A stretch of 64,000 nucleotides of DNA from Phoronis australis (Eukaryota; Animalia; Phoronida). A program made the translations under genes and the position numbers. Each line of letters opens with the position of its first letter. Position 1 is the stretch's first letter. The notes below the pieces were generated by a model. That model saw nothing but the letters and a program-made list of their open reading frames with translations. It was not told where the DNA came from and ran no database searches. The stretch lies in the NCBI GenBank assembly GCA_002633005.1, contig NMRA01000156.1:186001-250000 (forward strand), written 5' to 3'. Of the stretch, positions 50,720 to 61,884 are shown in pieces.

Positions 50720-51025
50720 CTGACCTCTGCCTGTTTTTCGAGATTACAGTTAATAATTACAAGTGAATACCACCTTTCAAATGGGCTATAAACCACAAAA
50801 CTTTCAGACTTCAGAAATCAGCAACTTGTCTCTTCTTCATTCATTCACACGTGAAATGTTGTTTTCGTCAACCGCTCTGTCGGTGATTGGTCAATTCGAA
50901 ATTAATATAAATTTTATTGGCTACTCGCACTGCATCCTGGGAAGAAAGTAACTATTTCCGGGAATTTTAAAAGTCCAGTGGCTGTGGAAATAGACTGCGA
51001 ATGTTGCTTGCTTTGTAAGACATTG
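50720..51025. promoter_or_regulatory. Putative bidirectional promoter with the 5'-UTR exons of ARMC1 (-) and MTFR (+)
   Basis: Minus-strand donor CAG|GTGTGT at 50719 and plus-strand donor TG|GTAAGA at 51026 face outward. Between them: CACGTG (50848), two ATTGG boxes (50886, 50916), TTCGAA (50895), TTCCGGGAA (50956) and TTTAAA (50966). Confidence 0.6.
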
Positions 51026-51424
51026 GTAAGAATCTGAATAACCCGTTATTTGGAGATTTAATCAAAGTTATTGTAGCTTAACGAACATTCATATGAAATG
51101 GTTATATCTGTTACTCAGTATTTGATTTACAAAATCGCCGAGATGTTCAAAACCAGCCCGAATGAAAAAAGTGGTGTACTGTACTACTTACACTGTAAGA
51201 CGTAGTACAGTACACTGTACTGTCAGTACAGTGTACTGGAACTGGAGAACCCTCATGCCATGGCATAGCCTAGACTGAGAACTCCAATGAGAAGCATGTG
51301 CAAAAGGGGGTAGTAGCTAGTGAGCCTAAACTTGATTTTTTCAAATGAGGTATAAGTCACCATTTTGGGTTTGTTGTAAAAACATCAAAGCTCTTGTCTT
51401 GTCAGCTCTACCGTGGGTAGATCA

Positions 51425-52184
51425 TAGACAGTGACCACCGTCACTCTAGCTACTAAGCTAGTCTAGCTCTCTAGCTGTCCCAACTAGAGTATAGAGACGG
51501 CAAAGCTCCTATAGGACTATAGGTGCTTCATACGCCAGAAGCTTTTTTGGCGAATCATGCCTCATTCTGACTATTTTTAACACTGTAAGCGTTCCTGGCG
51601 CGCACAATAAAAATAGCTCGTGCGAAGTGTTAAAAATGGCCAGTTGATGATTTGGGAAACTGAACGAAGGACTACTCGAAGAAAAAGTTTGATTACGGGA
51701 CTATTTGTTCGCGTTGGAAGGAATTAATGACATTGACGGCTTCCTAAGTTGTCCCTCTACAGACAAAAGTACCTATAACTGCATGATGTTTTAATCAATA
51801 CGAGGCATAATTCGCCAAAAAGCTTCCGGCATATGAAGCGCCTATATAAGCTTCACTATCTCTAGTCATGCCAGCTTGAGACCGTGGTCACTGTCTACTG
51901 GGCAGATAGTGCCACCGTCTCTACTTAGCAGTAGGTGGTGATGTTCCTATAGGACCTTCATGTGCTGGAAGCTTTTTGACGAATTATGCCTCAAACTGAT
52001 TATACCATCAAAGTCACATTGCTATAAGTATCGTTTGCACATAGAGTGACACCTTAGGAGGCCTTTGATGTCTTTAATTCCATCCGACTTGAACAAATAT
52101 TCTCGTAATCAAACTTTTTTCGAACAGTCTTTCATTCAGTTGCCCAAACTGGCAACTGGCCATTTTTACACTGCGCGTGCCAGG
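51425..52184. mobile_element. Foldback/MITE (51425-51897) plus an inverted partial second copy (~51947-52184)
   Basis: TAGACAGTGACCAC / GTGGTCACTGTCTA; GAAGCTTTTT.GGCGAAT.ATGCCTC present three times in alternating orientation. Confidence 0.8.
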
Positions 52185-52620
52185 GGATGTGATTATGATA
52201 ACCATAATTTCCAGGTATAAAGTACAGTCAAATAAATCTGCTATAGTCTAAGTAAATTGCTCTTTGCTAATCATCATTCATAGAATGATTCATGGCAAAC
52301 CTCTCGTAATTTGTCATTGCTCAGTGACTGATAAAAAATATGAATTATCACAGTTGACGAAAAACCTTAGATGAAAAATCATTTCAGCCATTATGAATTC
52401 TCATCAACCATGTCCATATCATACCATTTGAATATGAATTTATGGAAATGGTTGATATTATTTCTCGTAAAAAGCTTTTGTGATAAATTATGATCAACCA
52501 AAATTTCTTGTAAACTCGAACACAAGTTGAAAGTTACCCTGGAGCAAATCTCATGTATCATCTTACCTTGAGTAATGTATGTTTTTTACAGAAAACCACC
52601 ACTGTTCTTAAATGAAGTGA

Positions 52621-52692
52621 ATGGATATCGACAACATAGCTCAACTGATCAGAATGGTTCTGGATGCGCTGGGGTTGGATTTGTTTTATGTT
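52621..52692 (+). CDS. MTFR1: MTFR coding exon 1 (MDIDNIAQLIRMVLDALGLDLFYV)
   Basis: Acceptor before 52592, donor GTAAGT at 52693. Confidence 0.88.
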
Positions 52693-55600
52693 GTAAGTTC
52701 TCGACTTTCACAAGTTGTCATTACGGTACTTCTCCACTTATTTTGCAAAAAAATAATTGTCACTTTTCAAATCCAGATTATTAGCTACAAATAGTGGAAA
52801 CTCCACCAAATGTTGTTTTATGGCATCTACACAACACAAACCATGCTAGTAATAGACTAAAGTTTTCTTAGTATTTGTTTTTGTAGAGAAATTTTGACAA
52901 AAAAGGAATGTCACTTGTCAGCCATATTGTTTGTTAAATAAGTGAATAATTACCAGAACAATATAAATCATACAGGCTGTACCTGGATGTGCTAGTTCAT
53001 TCAAGCACCGCTGGAACTAATACCCAGACAAAGGTTTCTAAAGTGAGTCTGATAAAAGCAAATTTGGTGCCATGTAATATCAAAACGTGCCCGGTATCAT
53101 AAAGTAATGGTCAGTTTATATTTGGAATTGATGACATTGTCCGAAATTTGTCGACTATTGGAAAATATTTTTTTAACCTTGTGCTAGTAAGCATTTCGTG
53201 AACAATGGAAACCACATTATTGATAATTATTGTTGCCTCAAAATGGCCGGCTGTTTTAAAATGATGAGATTTCTTCGATTTTAGGTCATAAGCTAACACT
53301 TGGAGTCAGAATAATAATAGTTTTGGTTCCCTGAATTGGAGACTGTCAGTCAATAGGAACACAAGACTTGTGAGGGACACAAATGTGTAGGCCTATGTGT
53401 TCCCAGTTAATTACCTTTGAAGCTAAAAAAGCATTGTCCAAATTTATTCTTTGAAAAATAATTTTTGTAGTGTCTGTTTAGATTTAGATGTGCCTCTCCC
53501 CGGCTTACTAGTGGCGTACATGAAAGTCCAAAAAATGCTATGTCTGAAACAGGCTCTGGTTTTACAAAGCTCCTACACTAAGACAATGCTATTGGAGTTA
53601 TACAGTGCTGTTAGAAGGTTTTGACACGAATGCTTCAAACGTAACAGTAAACTGTCGTCTTTTCAGCCGTTGCCAGTCTGGGATGTGAAGCGTTGTGGGA
53701 GCAAGCGTAGCTTGGTGCGACGTGTAGGCAGTCAGCTCCCCCTGGGGCCTGCCAGGAGGCCCAGAGTTCAGGTACGCTGACGATAGCCGCAAAGACTAGT
53801 TATCTGGACCGTCTGCTACATTATACTAAACCTAATTCACTATGTCTTTACACAGGCAGTGCTGTGAACAAAACCACAATGCTCAGTTGGCAAACTGAGG
53901 TTTTACACAGTTTTATGTAAAGATTTCAAAAGTCAAGCTAAATGTGTCATTAGAGTACATCAGAGGTCTGGTTTGTTCAACTTAGCATCTATATAGAGAT
54001 ATTTTTATATTTTGTGCAAGTAACGAAATACATGGCTCAATTGCCACTCGTGTAGAAGTCAAACAGGCATTCAAAGAAATGAAATTCATTGAGAGTCCTG
54101 AAGTTGAATGCTTAAAGGGCCATTCTATTAAGCGTCAAAAGTGATTTTCTGAGATCAGCTTAGCATGGATTTGAACCTGCAACCTCCGCGATCACAGTTT
54201 AATGCTCAACTAAACCCCACTCAATAAATGGTAGCCAACTTTTAGTGTACATGTATTTAACTGATAGTCAACGAACTTGATTTCAGCGAATGAGTTGGCA
54301 ATTTGTATATTGCAATAAAACCACAAAAACAATGGATTTTGTTGTTTGGTTTAAACCCGGTCAAATTTAATAACCTCAAGAGGACTATGTCATCCAATCA
54401 TAATCCCATTTACATGTTAAGAGTTCTCATTTTGAACACTTGTTACAACAAGATGTTCCCCTCTTGTTGCAGAATGAGTTGCTTGGTGCTGCTTCCGAAA
54501 TCGGCTCGGATGTGACCAATGTGTGCCCGACCCTGTCTGATCTCCGCTGGATTTATGACGACACTGGAGATAGTACAGTTTTGAGTAGGCAAGTAACTGT
54601 TGGGCAAAAAATAGCAAAGTGGGTTTTGCGTTTTATCCCTACTCAGTTGGACACCTGCATTCACCTTCTAAAAGGAATGGTGACTTGCATCGATTTCAGC
54701 AAAGGTCTTGTGTTGTTTTTTTTTGGAAACGTACACAACGGCACGCGAGCAAGGCTTGAAACGCCACGATTTGCCAAAAGATGAGTAAAAGATAAATAGT
54801 ACAAATCCCACATCATTTTTGCTCAACTCAGGTGAAGTTTCTTTTTTGAAAATGTGAGCAACTAAAAGTTACTCACCTCCGACTCAATTTTCAAAAGAAA
54901 AAACGCCGACCAGAACCAACTACGGTATGTTTTTGAGGGCTTACATGAAGTAGTGTATCCCCAGCAATAAGGGAAGTAGAAGTCAGCTTCCAGTTTCAGC
55001 TTGGTGTGTTTGTTATATCTTGCTCACTTTATGCCGAGTACAGGTATATCTTACGTGGCTAAGCTTTTAATTGTTAAAATTTCATTTATTTATCTTTTTA
55101 AACTTATTCGCTTTTGTTGAGTCTCTACATATAAATTTTTTAACTATATAAAATGATGTTGAATGTTCTAGAATTGTGATTGGTTCATGCAATTTGACCT
55201 GACCTATTTATTTCTGAACCACCAGGCGTGTCATGTTCTTTATAAATCTTTGAATATTACTTACTAAACCAGCTAACTTCTCAATCCACATGTTGCTTCT
55301 CAGCTGTCAGAACCTGTGCTTACATAAAAGTATCCCGTTCAGATTTGTATTAATTGGGACAAAACCCAATGTTTTTTATGCAAGCCGTGATGCTTTACTA
55401 AACTCTTCTATTGGTCAGTTTTAAAAATCTCTTTCCTTAGATTGCACAGTCACGCCAGCACAGAGACACAACGAGAGCACGTGACCACCGTCTCCCGCGT
55501 GGTTGCCAAGGCACTGAAGCCGGTGGTGTCAAGACCCTGTACACCAGTCGACCAGCCAATACCGCCACAGCCTCAGTGTCAACCAACACCAGATGTCGCC

Positions 55601-58600
55601 GCCATGGAGAAGATCAGCGTGCTGGAGGACGAGCTGGTGAAACTGCGTCAGCAGATCGCCATGATAGTCATGCTGCAGGAGCAGGCTAAAACAGTGCAAC
55701 CCGGTGCGTCATGTCAGATTTACTAGTCACTTAAAACCAATATAATTATAACTAAAGTTCTAGTGTCCAAAACAACTTCTTCACAAGTGCCACATTTGCT
55801 TTTCCAAAGCAACATCACTGTGTTCTTATCTTTTATTTGAATTCAAGTTGGTAACAATAAAATGTCTGGAATTCTGGTGTCGGCCAGGCTTTTTGGTGGC
55901 TGGAACTAACCTGTCGTGACAAGGGAACTTTTGTTAAAGTAAGTGGCCTAAATCAAGTTGTTTTTGACATAAAGTGCAGGTTTACTTCACCCTTTACAAA
56001 ATTTATTAGGACATACTCAGGAGCTCAGAATCACTATAAAGTTGACAGAAGCAGATGAACACTATACTGCTTACCAAATCCACGCGCATTTAAATTTATA
56101 GTAAATGACAGATAAAAACACTGGCCTTGATAGCAGAGAATATTTGACAGACAACTAAGAAAATTGGCAATTTGTAATAAAATCACAAAAACAACAGATT
56201 TGGTTGTTTTGTAGGTCTTGTCAAAGTTAATAACTTCAAGACCTTTATTCCGTCTACCAATAATTCCAAAAATACGTTTGTTAGCGTAAAACCGATAATA
56301 TTTCTTTAAGTCTGCAGTAAATAAGCGATGTCTTGATGCAGTAGACAACGTTCTCCATTCTGAGAATAAGTGATTTGAATTCTGGAAATTTTAAGTATTA
56401 AACTTCATGGGTGCATTGCAATCTTCAATCTTTTGAAACTCGACCTTTGATTATAACGCCACAGCTAAATGGGTCAGTTATTAGAAATGTTGAAACGCAG
56501 GTACAAGTCTAAAGCACCATGATTTTCCTTTTATGATAGTGGTCAACCGTTTATTTCCCAATTTTTTGCTGTTAGAAAACCTGCACCCTGTTTTACTTCA
56601 AGATTTATTGTATTGTAAGTTGCATGTTTTAAAATCTGAAAATCTAATGTCACTGCATTTGAAATGCAAAGTTGAACATTGCCAGTTAATAGTCAACGTG
56701 TGTTAAAAGGTGTCTGCTTGTGTTTGCTTAAATATAATATCCCAATTCATTAGCATTATGGTGAAGTTTTGAACAAAAATAATGGCCAAAACTCATTTTA
56801 AATGTTCATAGTATTGCCAAAAATGTTCAAAATTTCACTGTGTGTCTGTTCATGACAGACGTACAACAGGCCTACAAATTTTTCAAATGACAATAAAATT
56901 GTCTTCTTTTGATGAAATAAAATGTACTCTCCCACCATTTTATGTTCTAGTTTAAAGAAAGTTTACCGAATATACAATTTGATTTTGTTGCTACAAATTT
57001 CAAAAGTCCCGGGAGGGTTGCTGGGTAGTCCAACTGTTTTTATATAGTCATAAAACCTTGACCATGTTCGTCATCTGTATTCAACGTTTCTCAATCAAAT
57101 CTAACAACCTTGTTGTCCTTTCAGCTGTGGCCGCCATCGACGTGCTACCCACTCCACCAAGCACTCCTGGGGGACCACCGGGTGCCCCAGTGTCTCGAGG
57201 GGCTCCACCCGTGCCCCCAGTACCCGGGGGTCCTCCCGCACCCCCTCCTCCACCAGGCTGCCCACCTCCACCCCCACCCCCACCTCCAGTTATGGCTCCC
57301 AAGAAGTCTGTCATAGACTCCATCAAAGAGGTGAGACTATTGTTAAAGTCAGAATGTGCCAACTTGTATCTAAAGTGTTTGGTAATGGACTTAAATAGCA
57401 TGCCAGTTCCAAATGTCTGAGTTCAAACTTCAGCAATAAGGATTTGCCAGTTTTTACCAAGTTCAGAATCATTCACATGTAAGTGAGACATGCTATTCAA
57501 TTTATCATTTTTGACATCGAAAATTGCCTTGTGCTGGTGCATTAGGATTTATTAAAATAAAGACTTGAGCAATTTTCACAGCCGAGTTAGAAAACTATTG
57601 TAAGTTTTGTTGTCAACATTTATGAGTCGCTTATGGGTAATTTTTTGATGATGTATGTCAGAGTAGTATTTCCGTCCGCATGATTGAAAGCATTTATGAC
57701 GTCTGCGTGAAGAAATATGACATTTATGACGTCTGTGTGAAGAAATATGACATTTTTACTCCAGAGAAAGAAGAACAATTCAAACCAGCCACAAAAGTCG
57801 ACCACCCCAGGAGTACCCAACATGGCCGACGTGTTGAAAGGACTGGGAACAGTGAAGCTACGGTCAATAGAAAGGTGAAGAGAGCGTTGTTTTAAGTTTA
57901 CGTGTACCCCTAATTATAATGTCTTCTTGAAATATCTATTCTAAGTAACAGGAGACTGTCAATTCATAAAAGTACATATTTTCTGAAACTATGAATTGAG
58001 ACCAATCTAACCATGTCATTCACCATTCTTGTCACATGATAAAATGCATTATTGGCAAATGTGCCATTTTTTGAAAAATACACTGACTGGGAAAAATTTC
58101 TTTCATGAGCACTCACCAAATTTTCTGTATTAAAACTTTGATAAAAATGCTCAAAAAAGGTGTCTGAAATTTTCCATAGGCAGCTCCAATGTTTTTATGG
58201 TATTTTTTGAAATAAGGGTACTTGTAACCTTTATTTTATGAAAAGCTTTACAGTGATGTAGTATCACTTTATAACTAGCGTCAAAACAAGAAATACAGAA
58301 AAGCTGAAATTCGTGTCCAAATGCTAGAATAAGGACTGCGTAAATCCAATGTGAGTGTAGGAGCTGAGGAACTATTATTAAAGGAGAATGCTACCCAATT
58401 TGATTAGTATTTTCTACCGTCTTAATCGGTCTATATCCACATCGCCTCTTATACGGTCGACCTCACCTTGCCAAGAGGTGTCGCGATAACCTGTGAGGAA
58501 GGTGAGAAACGACGCAGCGACCTCAGTGGTTCATCTGCAGAGTGAATGCTGCTATATTGCGGTGCATCGTTCCCGCTTGTCCGAACTATGAAGCTGCGAA

Positions 58601-61557
58601 GAAAGTGGGAATATTGTTTCTCGACTTCCTCGAAAGCCTGAAATGCTTAGGAAGTGGCTCGCGGTAGTGAAGAATGAAAAGTACGCTGTTAATAGCAAGT
58701 ATGAGGCTGTGAAACATCTCCATGTCTGTGGCCGGCATTTCGTAGACAGTGATTTCTCTGACTAATTCCGGCTTACCAAAGAACAATCCATACGTTCCGT
58801 TGCCTGTGAATGTTCACGGTGCCTCTCTAGTATTTCTTGATCAGTGTATTCTGGTTCGAACTTGTAGCCTGTGAAACCTAACGATCTGACCCGTGAAGTC
58901 TTTGTCGGATGAGCTCTCTACTAAGTCGGGATTGGTGCCGGGCGAGTTGCCAAGTAGATGTTTATTATTCTGCATTCTGTTTCAAAATGAATTATTCTCA
59001 CCCTAACCAATGCTTATATAAAACTGAAACAAAGTCTGTCTCATTAGATGTCAATTTGTAATGCCTTTGGAGTATTCATGAGTGCAAGTGTTTTGAGAAG
59101 CCAGCAATGAATAAACCACTGCGTTACCAGTTTTAGATGCAAGAAAGGTAATTGACCGGACACCGAGGCCGTGTGAGCGCATGCTAATTCAGTGTTTGTT
59201 GACAGAAAGCTGTTGCGAAACAATAACTCGGATTTTATATGCTATGGTCACATGTTAGGGGAATCTTTACTTAGATATACAAATACATTATTCAAATCAA
59301 TATTACTGTACAACCTTTGCCCTGACGGTTCTGTGGAAGGGGAACCTGTCTCCGCGGCTCCCGACAAGTCAGTAGATTTTCAGTTATGTGGCTAATTCAC
59401 CTAAATAATTATGTGCACATTATTTCTTTGGCTCACTATTATAGTCTTTTCGTGACTGGAGGTTTAGTTTCCAACGTAAACTCGGCAAGTGCGACAGGCC
59501 TGATTGGGTTCTGAGCCACTGGCGGGCAGTAACAAGCGTTTTGTGTGTTTAGATCTGAAAAAATTGCAAGTCTAAAAGTACAACACACAGCTATGTTCCC
59601 CCGTCTGTATTTAACAGAAGAATGATTTGAATTTATCACCAAACAGACCCAAACTCCCGCGATCGACCAAGGTAAATTGGCCTACCTAACTCTGTAAGCT
59701 ACGGTACATCCAAATACCTATAGATCCATAACAGTGAAATAAAACACGTTTGTTCAAGAACTCGATGTTTTTGTAAGGGTTTACATCAAATTTTAATGAT
59801 TTATTGGCGTAAAACGATGATTATAAGCGATAAGTTGACACCAGTAAGCGTGTTGTGAACGGCTGAACAGACTGCGTTCAAACCGATTACGTCATTGGTT
59901 AATTTCAACACCTCCGTCTGCCATTAGGTGTCAGGTAAAACAACTGAACTTGCTGTTATCGAGTGGAGCTACTCGATCTAACTTGATACAAAATAGGTTG
60001 TTTTTTTTGGGTGGCATTCTCCTTTAAAGTTTTCAAGGAAAAAGTGCTGGCTGATTTTTTAATTTTCCTGTTTGTTTTTAGAAAGGTTATTCCATCAGTT
60101 AGAAAGTGTTGGACCAATTTCGATATGAATGAGAACTTAAGTTGTAGCTACTTTTTGTGACCCTGAAAATCAAGTTTTCTGGACAGAGTTGCACAGCTTC
60201 AAGTTGGTCTTTAAAGAGCAATTCTTACAATTGATCTGCTTTATTGACATTGATTCATCATGTGAACAATCCCCTCTAGGTCCCCTGGTGGTACCCCCAT
60301 GCGACAGAAGCCTAGAGAGACATCGGGTACAGACCCTGCCTCATTGATCGCTCAAGCTCTCAAGAAGAAGTTTGCGCACCGTCACCTCCACAGTCCCAAT
60401 GATGACGGAGACAAAGAGAATAGAGGCTACAGAGATTTCACGCCGTCGCCCAAAAAAGCCTGCAGTGCGACGACACCAGAGGTAGTGACAGTTGTCGCTG
60501 GAGAAACGATCATGATACTCCCGATCATTGAACGCATAGAATATGATGAAAATAATTTCCATACACATAAAATTAATGACAAATGAAAAAAAAATAAAAC
60601 TTGCGAAATTTCATGAAAACATATCGCTCATTGTAAAAGTGATGTCATGAGTTTGGGCATTTGGTTATGGTTGGCAATGTTTGTTAATTAAATCAGCTTT
60701 TGTGTGCAAAAAATGAGTCACGGAAAATTAAAACTATCCTTGAAAACTAGTGGAAAATAAAACGCAACATTGAAAGGGAGCTGTGCAGTTAGTGGAGAAA
60801 AAAATTGACTTAGAAAAGTTATTTATTGGCTATTGGTTAGCATAAAGATAGGAACAGGTAAACCTTGATGATTAGAACATCGTTAAAACAACACTGTAAG
60901 TTTCAACTGCTTATTGAAGCCTATCTTGAAGGGTTACACAAGTAAATTTGGATCCTACAGTAAATTAAGAGCATCGCTCTGAGCCCACTAGTGTCATAAA
61001 ATGCCAAATGTAACTAACTGTTAGGCATATTGGTTTGCTTTTGTCTACGTCACCTCGAAAATCACCTTTTAATTGCATCAACTTCGAATAACACTTGAAC
61101 CCAATGATATTCTATTCAGGCCCCTATTCAATACAACTGTTATCGGCGTTTTGTTGTTTGTGCTGGGATCTCGGGGGTGATGCAACATGGCACGAAAAGG
61201 CAGCTTCACCTATCATTGAGGGGATTACACTTGCATGATTGAACTCTCGTTTTCTTATTTTACTAAGGCTTTGCTAGGACTATCTGGTTAGCCCAATACA
61301 TCTAAAATAAGAAAATTCTGTGAAGTTAGGCTTTAAACGACACTTTGTTTCTCCCACACAAGGATCAGTGGCTTGTTTCAGAGAGCATGTGTTTGTTTCG
61401 TTCTACCTGACCAAAGTACAAACTGTAGTGCCAAATAAAAGTGGGAGTCACATTTCTCTTTCAGTTTGGGCAACACAAACTGAAGGCAACCGGGCGCCGA
61501 CTGTCCAACATAACTGAGCCAAGGAGAGCTGCTTCGCCGCTGAAAGTGATCAATTAA
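52621..61557 (+). CDS. MTFR1: Mitochondrial fission regulator (MTFR1/MTFR2/FAM54 family), spliced gene, 8 coding exons, 388 aa
   Basis: Exons 52621-52692, 53667-53771, 54473-54588, 55441-55703, 57125-57330, 57765-57874, 60280-60481, 61465-61557 (1167 nt). Motifs LIRMVL, GSKRSLVRRVGSQL, coiled coil MEKISVLEDELVKLRQQIAMIV, polyproline tract, PNMADVLKGLGTVKLR, DPASLIAQALKKKFAH, FGQHKLKATG. Probably co-orthologous to vertebrate MTFR1 and MTFR2. Confidence 0.93.
53667..53771 (+). CDS. MTFR1: MTFR exon (PLPVWDVKRCGSKRSLVRRVGSQLPLGPARRPRVQ)
   Basis: Conserved G-x-x-RS(I/L)VR-x-(I/V)G motif; GT-AG ends. Confidence 0.93.
54473..54588 (+). CDS. MTFR1: MTFR exon (NELLGAASEIG...PTLSDLRWIYDD...), GC donor
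   Basis: TGCAG acceptor; an AG|GCAAGT donor is needed to keep frame. Confidence 0.85.
55441..55703 (+). CDS. MTFR1: MTFR exon with coiled coil
   Basis: CCTTAG acceptor, GTGCGT donor. Confidence 0.92.
57125..57330 (+). CDS. MTFR1: MTFR proline-rich exon
   Basis: TTTCAG acceptor, GTGAGA donor. Confidence 0.92.
57691..57755 (+). repeat. 30-bp tandem duplication just upstream of an MTFR acceptor
   Basis: CATTTATGACGTCTG(C/T)GTGAAGAAATATGA x2. Confidence 0.9.
57765..57874 (+). CDS. MTFR1: MTFR exon (RKKNNSN...PNMADVLKGLGTVKLRSIE)
   Basis: CCAG acceptor, GTGAAG donor. Confidence 0.92.
58382..60023 (-). mobile_element. Non-autonomous Kolobok DNA transposon (1.64 kb) in an MTFR intron
   Basis: TTAA|AGGAGAATGCTACCCA ... 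TGGGTGGCATTCTCCT|TTAA; minus-strand remnant GYKFEPEYTDQEILER. Confidence 0.85.
60280..60481 (+). CDS. MTFR1: MTFR exon (SPGGTPMR...DPASLIAQALKKKFAHR...)
   Basis: CTAG acceptor, GAG|GTAGTG donor. Confidence 0.9.
61465..61557 (+). CDS. MTFR1: MTFR last coding exon (FGQHKLKATGRRLSNITEPRRAASPLKVIN)
   Basis: TTTCAG acceptor; resembles human MTFR1 FGPHMLKPTG; TAA stop. Confidence 0.88.
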   Translation, partial: FGQHKLKATGRRLSNITEPRRAASPLKVIN

Positions 61558-61884
61558 CTGCTGAGGGATTCTAAAGTCCAAATGGTGGACATGCATTGAG
61601 ATTGTTGGGAAGAAGGTGAGAATACGACTGGAGTGGGGCATTGTGACTGGTGATAAAAGTGCGGCGATGGTTTTCTCTCGACAAGAATTATGAAGAAAAC
61701 AATGAACGAGACATTTGGGAAAGCATGTTTCAGGGTACCATAGTAGAGCTGTTTTCAAGTAACTTTGTTAGTCATGATTGGTTGTTGTTGTATGTTAACG
61801 AGCCGTGTTATCGTTCAATTTTTCGTGCTCTTTGTTGGGTAGTATGTTGCAGTTTCGTTTGTCTTGGAACACAGGCATCTTATG

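Noticed and set aside
57081-57401. Gly-rich minus-strand ORF
   Set aside because: Antisense shadow of the MTFR polyproline exon
60482-60586. Read-through of the MTFR exon to the stop at 60586 as the true C-terminus
   Set aside because: The conserved FGxHxLKxTG motif is in the downstream exon 61465-61557
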